Positions 52,575 to 61,207 of a DNA stretch of 64,000 bases are shown here, piece after piece (positions within the stretch are counted from its first letter, which is position 1; each line of letters begins with the position of its first letter). The notes beneath the pieces are model-generated. The model did no database searches, was not told the origin of the DNA, and was given only the letters and a program-made list of their open reading frames with translations. Source of the DNA: an uncultured Gammaproteobacteria bacterium. GTDB lineage: Bacteria > Pseudomonadota > Gammaproteobacteria > Steroidobacterales > MnTg04. The translations under genes were made by a program, and so were the position numbers. Location: NCBI GenBank assembly GCA_964568075.1, contig CAZMOM010000008.1, positions 5,430-69,429 on the forward strand, read 5' to 3'.

Positions 52575-55037
52575 TTGAAGTACCTGAAGTACGCAGCAGT
52601 CGTTTTGCTCATTCTGGCGATCCTTGCTGCTGTCATCCACTTCTATCGCGAATTGATTGCCCGCGAATTGGCTAACTCCGCGCTCGGTGAGTACGGAATT
52701 ACCGTGACTGAACTCTCCATTCAAACATTGGGAACCGATTACGTCCACTTGTCACGTCTCGTTCTCGAACAGGACGATGGTACGCGCTACCAGATTTCCG
52801 GGCTGTCATTTCCCATAAGTTTCCCCAGTGTGCGCGCGGAAAAGATCTCGATCGAACAACTAATCGTAACGCCGGCAGATACGGCAGCCGTGCCGGTGCC
52901 GCTTGCCCGCTTGCTGCTCACTTTTCTTCTGTTACCGAGTAGCGTGCCAAATACGGAAGTAAGAGTCTCCCATCTTACGGTGCCGGATACCCCGCCGGTC
53001 GATAACATCGTGTGGCGGTCTACGGATCGACAACAACATCTCGCGTTCAGGATCGATCCGGTCGAAATCACGATTGATGTCGATTCTGTGGACGATGGCG
53101 ACCATCAGGCAACGGTGAACGCGGTTGTCGGCGGTATTTCCGACGCATTGTCCATGACACTAACTATGCATCACAGCAACACCGGATTTTCGATTGACGG
53201 ACTGTCGACGATCATTCTTTCTCCATGGCTTCCGGTGCTCAAATCCGTCGGCATATTGCCAGCCGATATTATCTCGCTCGCCGCCGAGTTTGATGGTCGG
53301 GTTACGATCAGGTTGGACGACGACGAGACCCAGTCCGTTCCTGCCAGGGCGCACTTTTTACTTACCAGCGAGATGACCACGGATTACAGGATTGCTGACG
53401 ATTCGAGCGTCCGGCTGCGAACAAATTCTTCAGATCCAGTACGGCTTACCTTCGAGTACCCATCCCTCGAATGGACCGCCAGTGTCGGGCAGATCGATAT
53501 GCTCGTTGGGATAAACGCGAGCGATGACATTCCGGTACGACTCAGCGATCTCGAGTGCCGCTCGGGCATTCAATGCACGATGAGGGCATCTCTGGACGCG
53601 GGTCCCTTTGAACTGGGGGCTATGACCATCGGCAATGCTAAGCTGTCAGCGTCACTGGCAATTACTGACGACGAAACAACGCGCGTGAATATCTCGCCGG
53701 ATTTCGCCCTGACGCTGACCGAGATTGAATCACAGAGCTTCTCGGTGACATCAATCAGTACCACGCAGTTTTCCGGGGCACAGCTGGCTGTCGACGATGG
53801 CGCGTGGCGCGGCGATATCGATCACATGGAGTTGGTGTTCGACTCATTGACTGACGAAGAGAGCCTGTTCGCATCATTACCTGTAACATTCAACACACTG
53901 CGCCTGCGCCATAGCGGTGCAGTCCTCGATACTGAAGTTTCAATACGGCCAGGATCTGTCACTTTGTCCTGGGATGGTAGCAACATTATCTCGCCGGGTG
54001 TCGAAGGAAAAATTTCGCTGAAAGACGATAAAGCCGCAGCGTCCATTGTGCTGTTCGACGACGTACGCGCTCTGTCGGCACACGCTGATGTATCGCATAA
54101 CTTTGCGACAGGCGAAGGATCGGTCACAGTGCGTGACGCTGCGCTGCTTTTCGACCAAAGAAAACTTTCCGACCGCTTCTTGAAATGGCCACACGCATGG
54201 GATGTTGTTTCCGGTGCTTTGAGCATGGAACTTAAACTGAACTGGAAAACTGGCGATACCGGTACCGAGTACAGCGGCACAATGACGCATCACGCAAAAT
54301 CGCTGGCGGGCAATTACAACGATATCGCCTTCGCCGGCTTGAGCACCAAGTTGACTTCAAGGCTGGACTCGACGGCAGGCGTCGCAATATCGCCAATGTC
54401 TATCGAGGTAGCGTTACTCGACCTCGGCCTGCCGTTGGAGCGGATTACAGCAGATTTCGCACTGAATATCCGGGAACAATCGATGCAGGTGCAGAATCTG
54501 TCTATGTTGGCGCTGGGCGGGCAGATTGTGGCAGATCCTTTCCGCTTTGACATGCGGGAGGAGAGAAACGACATAGTACTGCGGCCACAATCTATTCAGC
54601 TTCAGTTCATGGTCGACCTTGTAGAATTCGAGCGCATTAAACTGACTGGCAGTATATCAGGGGTGCTCCCCATGGTAATCAGTAACAAGACAATGACGAT
54701 CGCCCACGGCCGGCTGGAGAATGATCCGCCCGGCGGTGTAATCCGTTACTTGCCGGGAATTGACACGGAGGACGTAGAGGTGTCTGATTCGAAGTTAGGC
54801 TTGGTATCGCGGGCGCTGGCTAATTTTCAGTTCAATTCGTTAACAGCGGACGTCGACTACGCGGAAAACGGAGACTTGATATTGCATATGAGGCTAGTCG
54901 GCATCAATCCCGACATGGACGACAAGCAGCCGGTCATCTTGAACCTGGGGGTGGAAAACAACATTCCACAATTGTTACGAAGCCTGCAGGCAATCAGGTC
55001 GGTCGAGGAAATACTTGAAAGAAGATCCGCAAATTAA
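52575..55037 (+). CDS. ydbH: YdbH-like AsmA-family intermembrane lipid-transport protein
   Basis: N-terminal TM anchor and a long beta-rich body. The C-terminal conserved block is GGVIRYLPG...ALANFQFNSLTADVDY..NGDLILHMRLVGINP...PVILNLGVENNIPQLLRSL. It is followed by ynbE and ydbL, as in E. coli. Confidence 0.85.
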   Translation: MKYLKYAAVVLLILAILAAVIHFYRELIARELANSALGEYGITVTELSIQTLGTDYVHLSRLVLEQDDGTRYQISGLSFPISFPSVRAEKISIEQLIVTPADTAAVPVPLARLLLTFLLLPSSVPNTEVRVSHLTVPDTPPVDNIVWRSTDRQQHLAFRIDPVEITIDVDSVDDGDHQATVNAVVGGISDALSMTLTMHHSNTGFSIDGLSTIILSPWLPVLKSVGILPADIISLAAEFDGRVTIRLDDDETQSVPARAHFLLTSEMTTDYRIADDSSVRLRTNSSDPVRLTFEYPSLEWTASVGQIDMLVGINASDDIPVRLSDLECRSGIQCTMRASLDAGPFELGAMTIGNAKLSASLAITDDETTRVNISPDFALTLTEIESQSFSVTSISTTQFSGAQLAVDDGAWRGDIDHMELVFDSLTDEESLFASLPVTFNTLRLRHSGAVLDTEVSIRPGSVTLSWDGSNIISPGVEGKISLKDDKAAASIVLFDDVRALSAHADVSHNFATGEGSVTVRDAALLFDQRKLSDRFLKWPHAWDVVSGALSMELKLNWKTGDTGTEYSGTMTHHAKSLAGNYNDIAFAGLSTKLTSRLDSTAGVAISPMSIEVALLDLGLPLERITADFALNIREQSMQVQNLSMLALGGQIVADPFRFDMREERNDIVLRPQSIQLQFMVDLVEFERIKLTGSISGVLPMVISNKTMTIAHGRLENDPPGGVIRYLPGIDTEDVEVSDSKLGLVSRALANFQFNSLTADVDYAENGDLILHMRLVGINPDMDDKQPVILNLGVENNIPQLLRSLQAIRSVEEILERRSAN

Positions 55038-55109
55038 ACATTGACACTTCCGCAGAGCTGAAGCACCGATTGATCTGTCGCGGAGGCACAACAAAGGTTC
55101 TCCACGGTT

Positions 55110-55295
55110 ATGAAAACATTATTTATTTTTCTAGTTTTACTTGCCTCTCTTGCCGGCTGTACGCCAACAGTACAGGTCGCCGTGCCGAAAGAACCGATCG
55201 AAATCAACTTGAATGTCAAGATCCAGCACGACATTCGTATACGGGTGGATAAGGAACTTGAAAGCCTGTTTGAAGAAGAGAGCGATATATTCTGA
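55110..55295 (+). CDS. ynbE: YnbE-family small lipoprotein
   Basis: 61 aa with lipobox LASLAGC followed by TPTVQVAVPKEPIEINLNVKI, typical of YnbE. Confidence 0.85.
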   Translation: MKTLFIFLVLLASLAGCTPTVQVAVPKEPIEINLNVKIQHDIRIRVDKELESLFEEESDIF

Positions 55296-55306
55296 GGGTT
55301 ACTGGC

Positions 55307-55630
55307 ATGAGAAAGATACTTGTAGCAATTTTTCTGGCCCTTGTTGTGCAGACAGCATGGGCCATCGATATCGGCACGGCCAAGGACCAGGGCCTGGTCG
55401 GCGAAGCAAACACCGGTTACCTGGCCATAGTAAGAACGCCAGCCAGCGCGGAAGTGCAAGCGCTAATTGTTAGCGTGAACGCGAAGCGCAAGGCCAAGTT
55501 CGAAAGCACCGCAAATAAGACCAAGACGACAATCAAACAAGTCAGCTACCGTTTCTATGAACTGGCGGTACAAAGAACCAAAGCTGGAAATTACTACCAG
55601 GCGGCTAACGGCAGCTGGAAGAAGAAATAG
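55307..55630 (+). CDS. ydbL: YdbL (DUF1318) periplasmic protein
   Basis: Signal peptide and GLVGEANTGYL...VNAKRKA..Y pattern. Third gene of the ydbH-ynbE-ydbL unit. Confidence 0.85.
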   Translation: MRKILVAIFLALVVQTAWAIDIGTAKDQGLVGEANTGYLAIVRTPASAEVQALIVSVNAKRKAKFESTANKTKTTIKQVSYRFYELAVQRTKAGNYYQAANGSWKKK

Positions 55631-55734
55631 ATCGTTCGGCGCCGTCTCTTCCAGCGCCCCTAGTACCGGAAACACTGCCGATGCCAGCGGCCAACGGCGT
55701 CTGGTTTGACAATATCAGGGAGCGTTCGCCCCCC

Positions 55735-55834
55735 GGTATCGGTGCCGGTCATTAAGTTATTTAGTTGTTTTTACTAGGTATCTCACCGGAATTTCGATAA
55801 CTTAATAAACTAAACGACCGGCACGAAATTCGCG
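55735..55834 (+). repeat. Copy C of the palindromic intergenic repeat of about 95 bp
   Basis: GGTATCGGTGCCGGTCATTAAGTTATTTAGTTGTTTTTACTAGGTATCTCACCGGAATTTCGATAACTTAATAAACTAAACGACCGGCACGAAATTCGCG; termini GTGCCGGTC / GACCGGCAC are a perfect inverted repeat. Confidence 0.85.
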
Positions 55835-55871
55835 CAAACTGTCCTTGTTCCCGATCCAAACGGCTGCGTGC

Positions 55872-56684
55872 ATGAAACAAGCAAAATCGCTTACACAGGC
55901 AGCGACGGTGGGCATTGCTCTCGTCCTTTGTAGCTGCGGTACTTTGCCAAACGGTCGTGGCTGGGGTCAGAATGCGACCATCAAACCGGGTTGGGATACA
56001 GTGCGTGAGTCAGCTATTCGCGCGGCAAAGTCACCGTATACCTGGGGGCCTCTTGCCGGGGCGCTGCTGTTGCAAGTCGATGACTGGGACGAAAATATTT
56101 CTAATTGGGCGGCGGATAAAACACCGCTGTTTGGTTCACAGCGATCCGCACGAGATGCCAGCGATGTCCTCAGAGGTCTTTCGATCGCTGCGTATTTGGC
56201 CACGGCCCTCGCCACTCCCAGCGGAGACTCGTCGGGCGATTGGCTCGCTGCCAAGACTAAGGGGTTTGCTGTTGCAGCCGCTGCCAATTTGTTGAATGGC
56301 GGGGCGACCGCTTCTTTGAAAAACTGGTCTGACAGAACCCGCCCGGATGCTAGCGATAGCAATAGTTTTCCGTCAGGCCACAGCTCCTTCGCAACACTCA
56401 GCTCAACCCTCGCTGCCCGCAACCTGCGATCTATTGACATGAACGCCAACTACAGGCGAACGATGGAAATCGGTCTGGGCGTATTTGCGGCTGGTGCCGC
56501 ATGGGCTCGGGTGGAAAGCAATTTACACTTTCCGTCCGACGTACTCGCCGGTGCGGCCCTTGGTCATTTTATTGCTGCGTTCATCAACGATGCATTTATC
56601 GGCCTCAACGAGTCAGCCCCCCGGTCGATCAACCTTTCATTGACGCCGGAATTAATTTTGATTCAATTTCAGCTAGCATTTTAA
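55872..56684 (+). CDS. PAP2-family (type 2 phosphatidic acid / lipid phosphate) phosphatase, probable lipoprotein
   Basis: Signal with LCSCG, then PAP2 motifs (K..SDRTRP, FPSGHSS, SNLHFPSDVLAGAALG). Confidence 0.8.
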   Translation: MKQAKSLTQAATVGIALVLCSCGTLPNGRGWGQNATIKPGWDTVRESAIRAAKSPYTWGPLAGALLLQVDDWDENISNWAADKTPLFGSQRSARDASDVLRGLSIAAYLATALATPSGDSSGDWLAAKTKGFAVAAAANLLNGGATASLKNWSDRTRPDASDSNSFPSGHSSFATLSSTLAARNLRSIDMNANYRRTMEIGLGVFAAGAAWARVESNLHFPSDVLAGAALGHFIAAFINDAFIGLNESAPRSINLSLTPELILIQFQLAF

Positions 56685-56735
56685 AATCGTTGCGGATACG
56701 GTCCCGGTGGTTTCGACTTTCTCGCGGATGCGATT

Positions 56736-57434
56736 TTAATCTCCTGCGCCGACTTCGGCGCGCAGATATGCCAGGCCACCCTCTTTTATATAGAGTACGC
56801 AACCGATGTCCGTTTGTGGCTGATGGCTGGCTTCAGCCGGTAAACGAAGCCAGGTGCCGGCCTCGTAACTGCCACGTTCGTCGGTGAACCGCCCTTCCAG
56901 CACGAAGTACTCGGCACCGGCCGCGTAACAAAGTGAATCTAGTACGCTATCCGACGTCCACCGTTCCAGGCGCATCGTGTCCAAAAAACCTTCTTGCTGG
57001 TACAGCGGTTTGACCTCGACTCCCGGTCGGGAGTTCGTTTGCCAGCTGAGCAGGTTGGTATCCAGTGCTATGTGTCGGCGTTGCCTGCCCGGGAGCTGCC
57101 GGAGCTTGACGAACAGTTTGCAGCCGTCTTTCGAGAACGGAGCGTGGCGAAACCCCTCCGGGTTCAGCAAATAGGTGCCAGCCGGCCAGTCACCGTGCTC
57201 ATCCGAAAAAACCCCATCGAGCACCAGGATTTCCTCGCCGTCGGGATGATCGTGCGCCGGAAATCTGGAGTTGGGCTGGAACCGAACCACGGAGGTTACC
57301 TGGCCCGATTCGGCCGGGCCGACCAGATGGACGCGCTTGCGCCAGACGGTACCGCTGGGACTCGGTATCCAATCCATCTGGCCAGTATCCACCGCAGCTC
57401 GGATGGACAGATCGCCATTAATTGTTTCGGACAT
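56736..57434 (-). CDS. Bicupin protein (ChrR-like cupin domains)
   Basis: Two cupin modules (FQPNSRFPAHDHPDGEEILVLDGVF, and GAEYFVLEGRFTDERGSYEAGTWLRLP). Confidence 0.7.
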   Translation of the reverse strand: MSETINGDLSIRAAVDTGQMDWIPSPSGTVWRKRVHLVGPAESGQVTSVVRFQPNSRFPAHDHPDGEEILVLDGVFSDEHGDWPAGTYLLNPEGFRHAPFSKDGCKLFVKLRQLPGRQRRHIALDTNLLSWQTNSRPGVEVKPLYQQEGFLDTMRLERWTSDSVLDSLCYAAGAEYFVLEGRFTDERGSYEAGTWLRLPAEASHQPQTDIGCVLYIKEGGLAYLRAEVGAGD

Positions 57435-57511
57435 CAGAACACCTGTCACTTTCGTATATTTGTCCGCGTATTGGAAATTAGCACGCTATATCAATCGTCG
57501 GACTGCTTTTC

Positions 57512-57922
57512 TCATTTTTCTGCCTTGCGATCCTCTACCAATTTCTCTACATCGTCTTTGCTTGCGGCTTCTTCAATGACCCGAATTCGGCAAGACTGTA
57601 AACCTCTACCCAGGTCGCGGTAGATAACCTCGCCAAAACTATCCGAGCACACTCTGGTGAAAGTATCTTTCACGGCGATCGTGTGTGCGCTCTGTAATCC
57701 GATGCATCCGCCGTCCACCGTGAACAGCAAGTGCTTGTGTGGACCAGTGGCCTTGACGTAGATGTGCCGGTCATCAATTGCATCGAATGACGTGATGTTT
57801 CTTACGCCTACGCATACTCTGCCGACCCCTTCCGATGACCTATCTGCCACCTTTTCCGATGAGGCGGCGCAGCCACTCAAAGCCAGGACCAGAACAAAGG
57901 GAATAGGTTGCCATCGTTTCAT
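57512..57922 (-). CDS. Hypothetical lipoprotein
   Basis: Lipobox LALSGC. 136 aa, resembling the small DUF6491-like lipoprotein pattern (I.SFDAIDDRHIYV). Confidence 0.55.
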   Translation of the reverse strand: MKRWQPIPFVLVLALSGCAASSEKVADRSSEGVGRVCVGVRNITSFDAIDDRHIYVKATGPHKHLLFTVDGGCIGLQSAHTIAVKDTFTRVCSDSFGEVIYRDLGRGLQSCRIRVIEEAASKDDVEKLVEDRKAEK

Positions 57923-58048
57923 AATGTTCCTCCATAGTTCATATTATTGAATATACAGGTCTAATTAGTTTTATTTTCTTATACGAACACATACACAATA
58001 ATATACCTATACAACGATATTTCTGAATATTACTGGAGGAGGGAGATC

Positions 58049-59008
58049 GTGGGATTATTAATCGACGGCCAATGGCACACCGACTGGTATGACACCGAAT
58101 CCACGGGCGGTGAATTCGTACGGAAGGACTCGCAGTTTCGCCAGTGGATCGGCGAACCGAGTATTGCAGCCGAAGCCGAGCGCTACCACCTGTTTGTCTC
58201 GCTGGCTTGCCCCTGGGCCCACCGCACCCTGATTTTTCGCAAGCTAAAAAAACTCGAGCAAATCATCGGCATTACGATCGTCGATGCCAAGATGCTGGAG
58301 CACGGTTGGGTATTTTCCGAGGATTCCCAGGATAATCCCATCGAGGGCATTGATTACCTGCACCAGGTTTACACCACCGCCGATGCCAACTACACCGGCC
58401 GGGTCACGGTGCCGGTGCTGTGGGATAAAAAACGACACAGCATAGTGAACAACGAATCCGCGGATATTATTCGCATGCTCAACAGCGCCTTTGATGACCT
58501 GACGGGAGAGCACAGCGACTATTATCCCCAACCACTGCGGGCGGATATCGATGAACTCAACCAGTCAGTCTATGACAATATCAACAATGGAGTTTACCGC
58601 GCTGGCTTTGCTACCTCGCAACAGGCCTATGAAGCTGCCTTCCATCGCCTGTTTGATACCCTCGAATTGATTGAACAACGTTTAGGGCAGCAGCGTTATT
58701 TGATGGGCGAACACATTACAGAGGCGGATTGGCGTTTGTTTACGACCTTGATTCGATTCGACGCGGTGTACTATGGCCATTTCAAAACCAACCTCAAGCG
58801 AATCGAGGACTACCCGAACCTTTCCAACTACCTGCGGGATTTGTTTCAAATTAAAGGTGTCGCCGACACGGTGAATTTCGAGCACATCAAGACTCACTAT
58901 TATTTCAGTCAGACCACGATCAATCCAACGCAGGTGATACCAGTGGGTCCGGCTCTGGATTTCGCTCGTCCCCACAACCGCAATCGATTTCTGGAGAATA
59001 CGGAATAA
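58049..59008 (+). CDS. yqjG: Xi-class glutathione transferase / glutathionyl-hydroquinone reductase (YqjG/ECM4 type)
   Basis: RYHLFVSLACPWAHRTLIFRKLK (CPWA active site), TVPVLWDK, EADWRLFTTLIRFD. GTG start is preceded by GGAGGAGGGA. Confidence 0.88.
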   Translation: MGLLIDGQWHTDWYDTESTGGEFVRKDSQFRQWIGEPSIAAEAERYHLFVSLACPWAHRTLIFRKLKKLEQIIGITIVDAKMLEHGWVFSEDSQDNPIEGIDYLHQVYTTADANYTGRVTVPVLWDKKRHSIVNNESADIIRMLNSAFDDLTGEHSDYYPQPLRADIDELNQSVYDNINNGVYRAGFATSQQAYEAAFHRLFDTLELIEQRLGQQRYLMGEHITEADWRLFTTLIRFDAVYYGHFKTNLKRIEDYPNLSNYLRDLFQIKGVADTVNFEHIKTHYYFSQTTINPTQVIPVGPALDFARPHNRNRFLENTE

Positions 59009-59132
59009 GTGGTCAGTATCGTCAAGGACGCTTGGTAATGTCTGCTTTCGGCTGCCGACTCAACCGAAGCCAATCCGGCCTGTCGCGGGCGATTTGTCGC
59101 TTGCGGAGTCAGTTTAAATAAGTGAATACGTG

Positions 59133-59172
59133 AACACCGGCACGATCGTCGCAACACCGGCACGATCGTCGC
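59133..59172. repeat. Perfect tandem duplication of a 20-bp unit
   Basis: AACACCGGCACGATCGTCGC occurs twice back to back, at 59133-59152 and 59153-59172. Confidence 0.9.
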
Positions 59173-59275
59173 TCCTCGCATGACCAAGGCGCCAGTTGAA
59201 ACCTCCACTTCGCAGGATGTCCCGTCGAATTCGATATGGGTGATTGTCGCCCGATGTTTGTATCGGCCTCGCAGT

Positions 59276-60163
59276 TCAATCGGTGTACTTGATGTCCTCG
59301 GGCACGGCCTGGGTGACCGCGTTTAGGCTCTCTTCAATGGTCAGATCCGATGTGTCGATAGTCTGGTGAGCCTTGGCGTAAAAAGGTTCGCGTTCACTGA
59401 GAATCAATCGCAGATCGGATATGGCGTCGTCATGATCGAGCATCGGTCGTAAGTCACCTTGCAGTTTGACACGCTCAATATACTGCTCGGGCCGGGCCCG
59501 CAGCCAAACGACAAAGCAGGTGGTCAGCAGTATATTCAACAATCGCGGTTCAGTGACGATGCTGCCGCCCGCTTCGATGACGCAACGATCATGACGCTTG
59601 AGCGTCTCCACCAGGGCCTGCTCTTCCAGTCGCCGGTATCCAGGCTGACCCGACAGGGAAAAAATCTCCGAAACGCTCATTCTGGCCATTTCCTCGATCA
59701 CCCCCACCAAGCGCACGAAGGGCAATCCGAGCTGCTCGGCCAGTATGGTCCCGATCGTGGTTTTCCCCGCACCGCGTAGTCCAATCAGAGCAACACGAAG
59801 TTGAGAGGTGGCTGGTAGCGAAAACCGCTCATAGAGCATTTGCAGCGCAGTTTTCTGATCGACGGCTGTCAGCTCCCGCAGCAACTCCGCCACCAGTATC
59901 TGTTCGGCAGTCTGGTGATCATGGATGCGCAGCAGCTCGGCCGCATCCGTCTGCAGGGCTGCGGCGACCCGGTCCAGCAACGCGATAGAGATGTTCCCGC
60001 ACCCCTGCTCCAGCTGTGCCAGGTAGCGCACGGAAACAGCCGAATGCTTAGCCAGCATCTTGCGGGTCATGCCCCGGCGAGCCCGCATGTTCCGAACCTT
60101 CTGGCCGACAAGTTTCAGTAACTCGGAGCTCTCTGTGATGTTGATGTCGGGTTGCGCAGCCAT
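59276..60163 (-). CDS. BzdR/BoxR-type regulator: XRE-family HTH fused to a shikimate-kinase-like domain
   Basis: N-terminal HTH (RRGMTRKMLAKHSAVSVRYLAQLEQGCGNISIALL). C-terminal P-loop kinase fold (VALIGLRGAGKTTIG..LGLPFV). Confidence 0.85.
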   Translation of the reverse strand: MAAQPDINITESSELLKLVGQKVRNMRARRGMTRKMLAKHSAVSVRYLAQLEQGCGNISIALLDRVAAALQTDAAELLRIHDHQTAEQILVAELLRELTAVDQKTALQMLYERFSLPATSQLRVALIGLRGAGKTTIGTILAEQLGLPFVRLVGVIEEMARMSVSEIFSLSGQPGYRRLEEQALVETLKRHDRCVIEAGGSIVTEPRLLNILLTTCFVVWLRARPEQYIERVKLQGDLRPMLDHDDAISDLRLILSEREPFYAKAHQTIDTSDLTIEESLNAVTQAVPEDIKYTD

Positions 60164-60596
60164 CGAGCCCTCAGGTGAACAATAATTCCGCCTGGCCTTG
60201 CCCGGCGATCGTTCGAAGTATATTATTCTGCATCTTCTATCAGCTATTTGGCAAGTTCACGCATTATTATGCATGCCATCCACCAAGCGGTTGCAGAATC
60301 CACCCCAACTGTAGATTTCCGCACCGGTCCGGAACCCTATCGGCACCGGGAGCTCTCGAGTGACGGACCCGAGACCATGGAGACCAGGATTTTTCGCCGC
60401 CTCAGTGCCTGGCAAAACTGGATTTTTTCGACGGCCCCACGCTGTCGGCGAATCCGGAAGTCTGAAGCTCAACGGCACGGACCGCCGCGCAGTGTGTGAC
60501 AGCAATAGAGACTGACAATGACCGAAGTAGGCTACGATTCATTGATCCTGAATAACGTGAAGCTGGCAGCCGGATGCGGAGACGGGAGAAGTAACC

Positions 60597-61187
60597 GTGA
60601 GCAATGAGTACGAGACGAAATCCAGGTCAGCCGGAGCCGCAGTAAACATTGCAGATGGAATGACCGCAACGGTGCTGCGCATCAACGGTGAAAATCATCC
60701 TGCGGTCTTTCCCACCAATCACACCCTGCTTGAAGTGCTGCGTGAAGAATGCCGGTTGACCGGGACCAAGCATGGCTGTGAGCTCGGTGAGTGCGGCGCC
60801 TGTGCAGTCCTGGTGAATGGTGAGCCGGTGTTGTCTTGTCTGCTGCTCGCCGCAGACATACAGGGAAAAACTATTGACACCGTAGAAGGTCTGCAACGCA
60901 ACAACGCGCTTCATCCCCTGCAGGCGGCGTTCGCGGATCTGGGTGCGACACAGTGTGGGTACTGCACGCCCGGCATCCTGATGGTCGCGGCTGCTCTTTT
61001 GAAACGCGAACCTGATCCAACCGAAGATCAGATTACCGAGGCCCTGTCGGGCAATCTCTGCCGTTGCACCGGTTATAACCGGATCGTTCAGGCGGTGCTG
61101 TGGGCGGCAGCCATGGAGCGTGGTGAAGACTGGTGCCCCGACGACGAGCTGTTCGAGGGAACCATATTGCCCGGCGCAAGCCACTGA
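60597..61187 (+). CDS. [2Fe-2S]-binding small subunit of a xanthine-dehydrogenase-family molybdenum hydroxylase
   Basis: GCELGECGACAVLVNG and QCGYCTPGILM..LCRCTGYNRI, the two 2Fe-2S cluster motifs. Start could be GTG 60597 or ATG 60660. Confidence 0.9.
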   Translation: MSNEYETKSRSAGAAVNIADGMTATVLRINGENHPAVFPTNHTLLEVLREECRLTGTKHGCELGECGACAVLVNGEPVLSCLLLAADIQGKTIDTVEGLQRNNALHPLQAAFADLGATQCGYCTPGILMVAAALLKREPDPTEDQITEALSGNLCRCTGYNRIVQAVLWAAAMERGEDWCPDDELFEGTILPGASH

Positions 61188-61207
61188 CCGGGCGCAGCAC
61201 CAGGATC

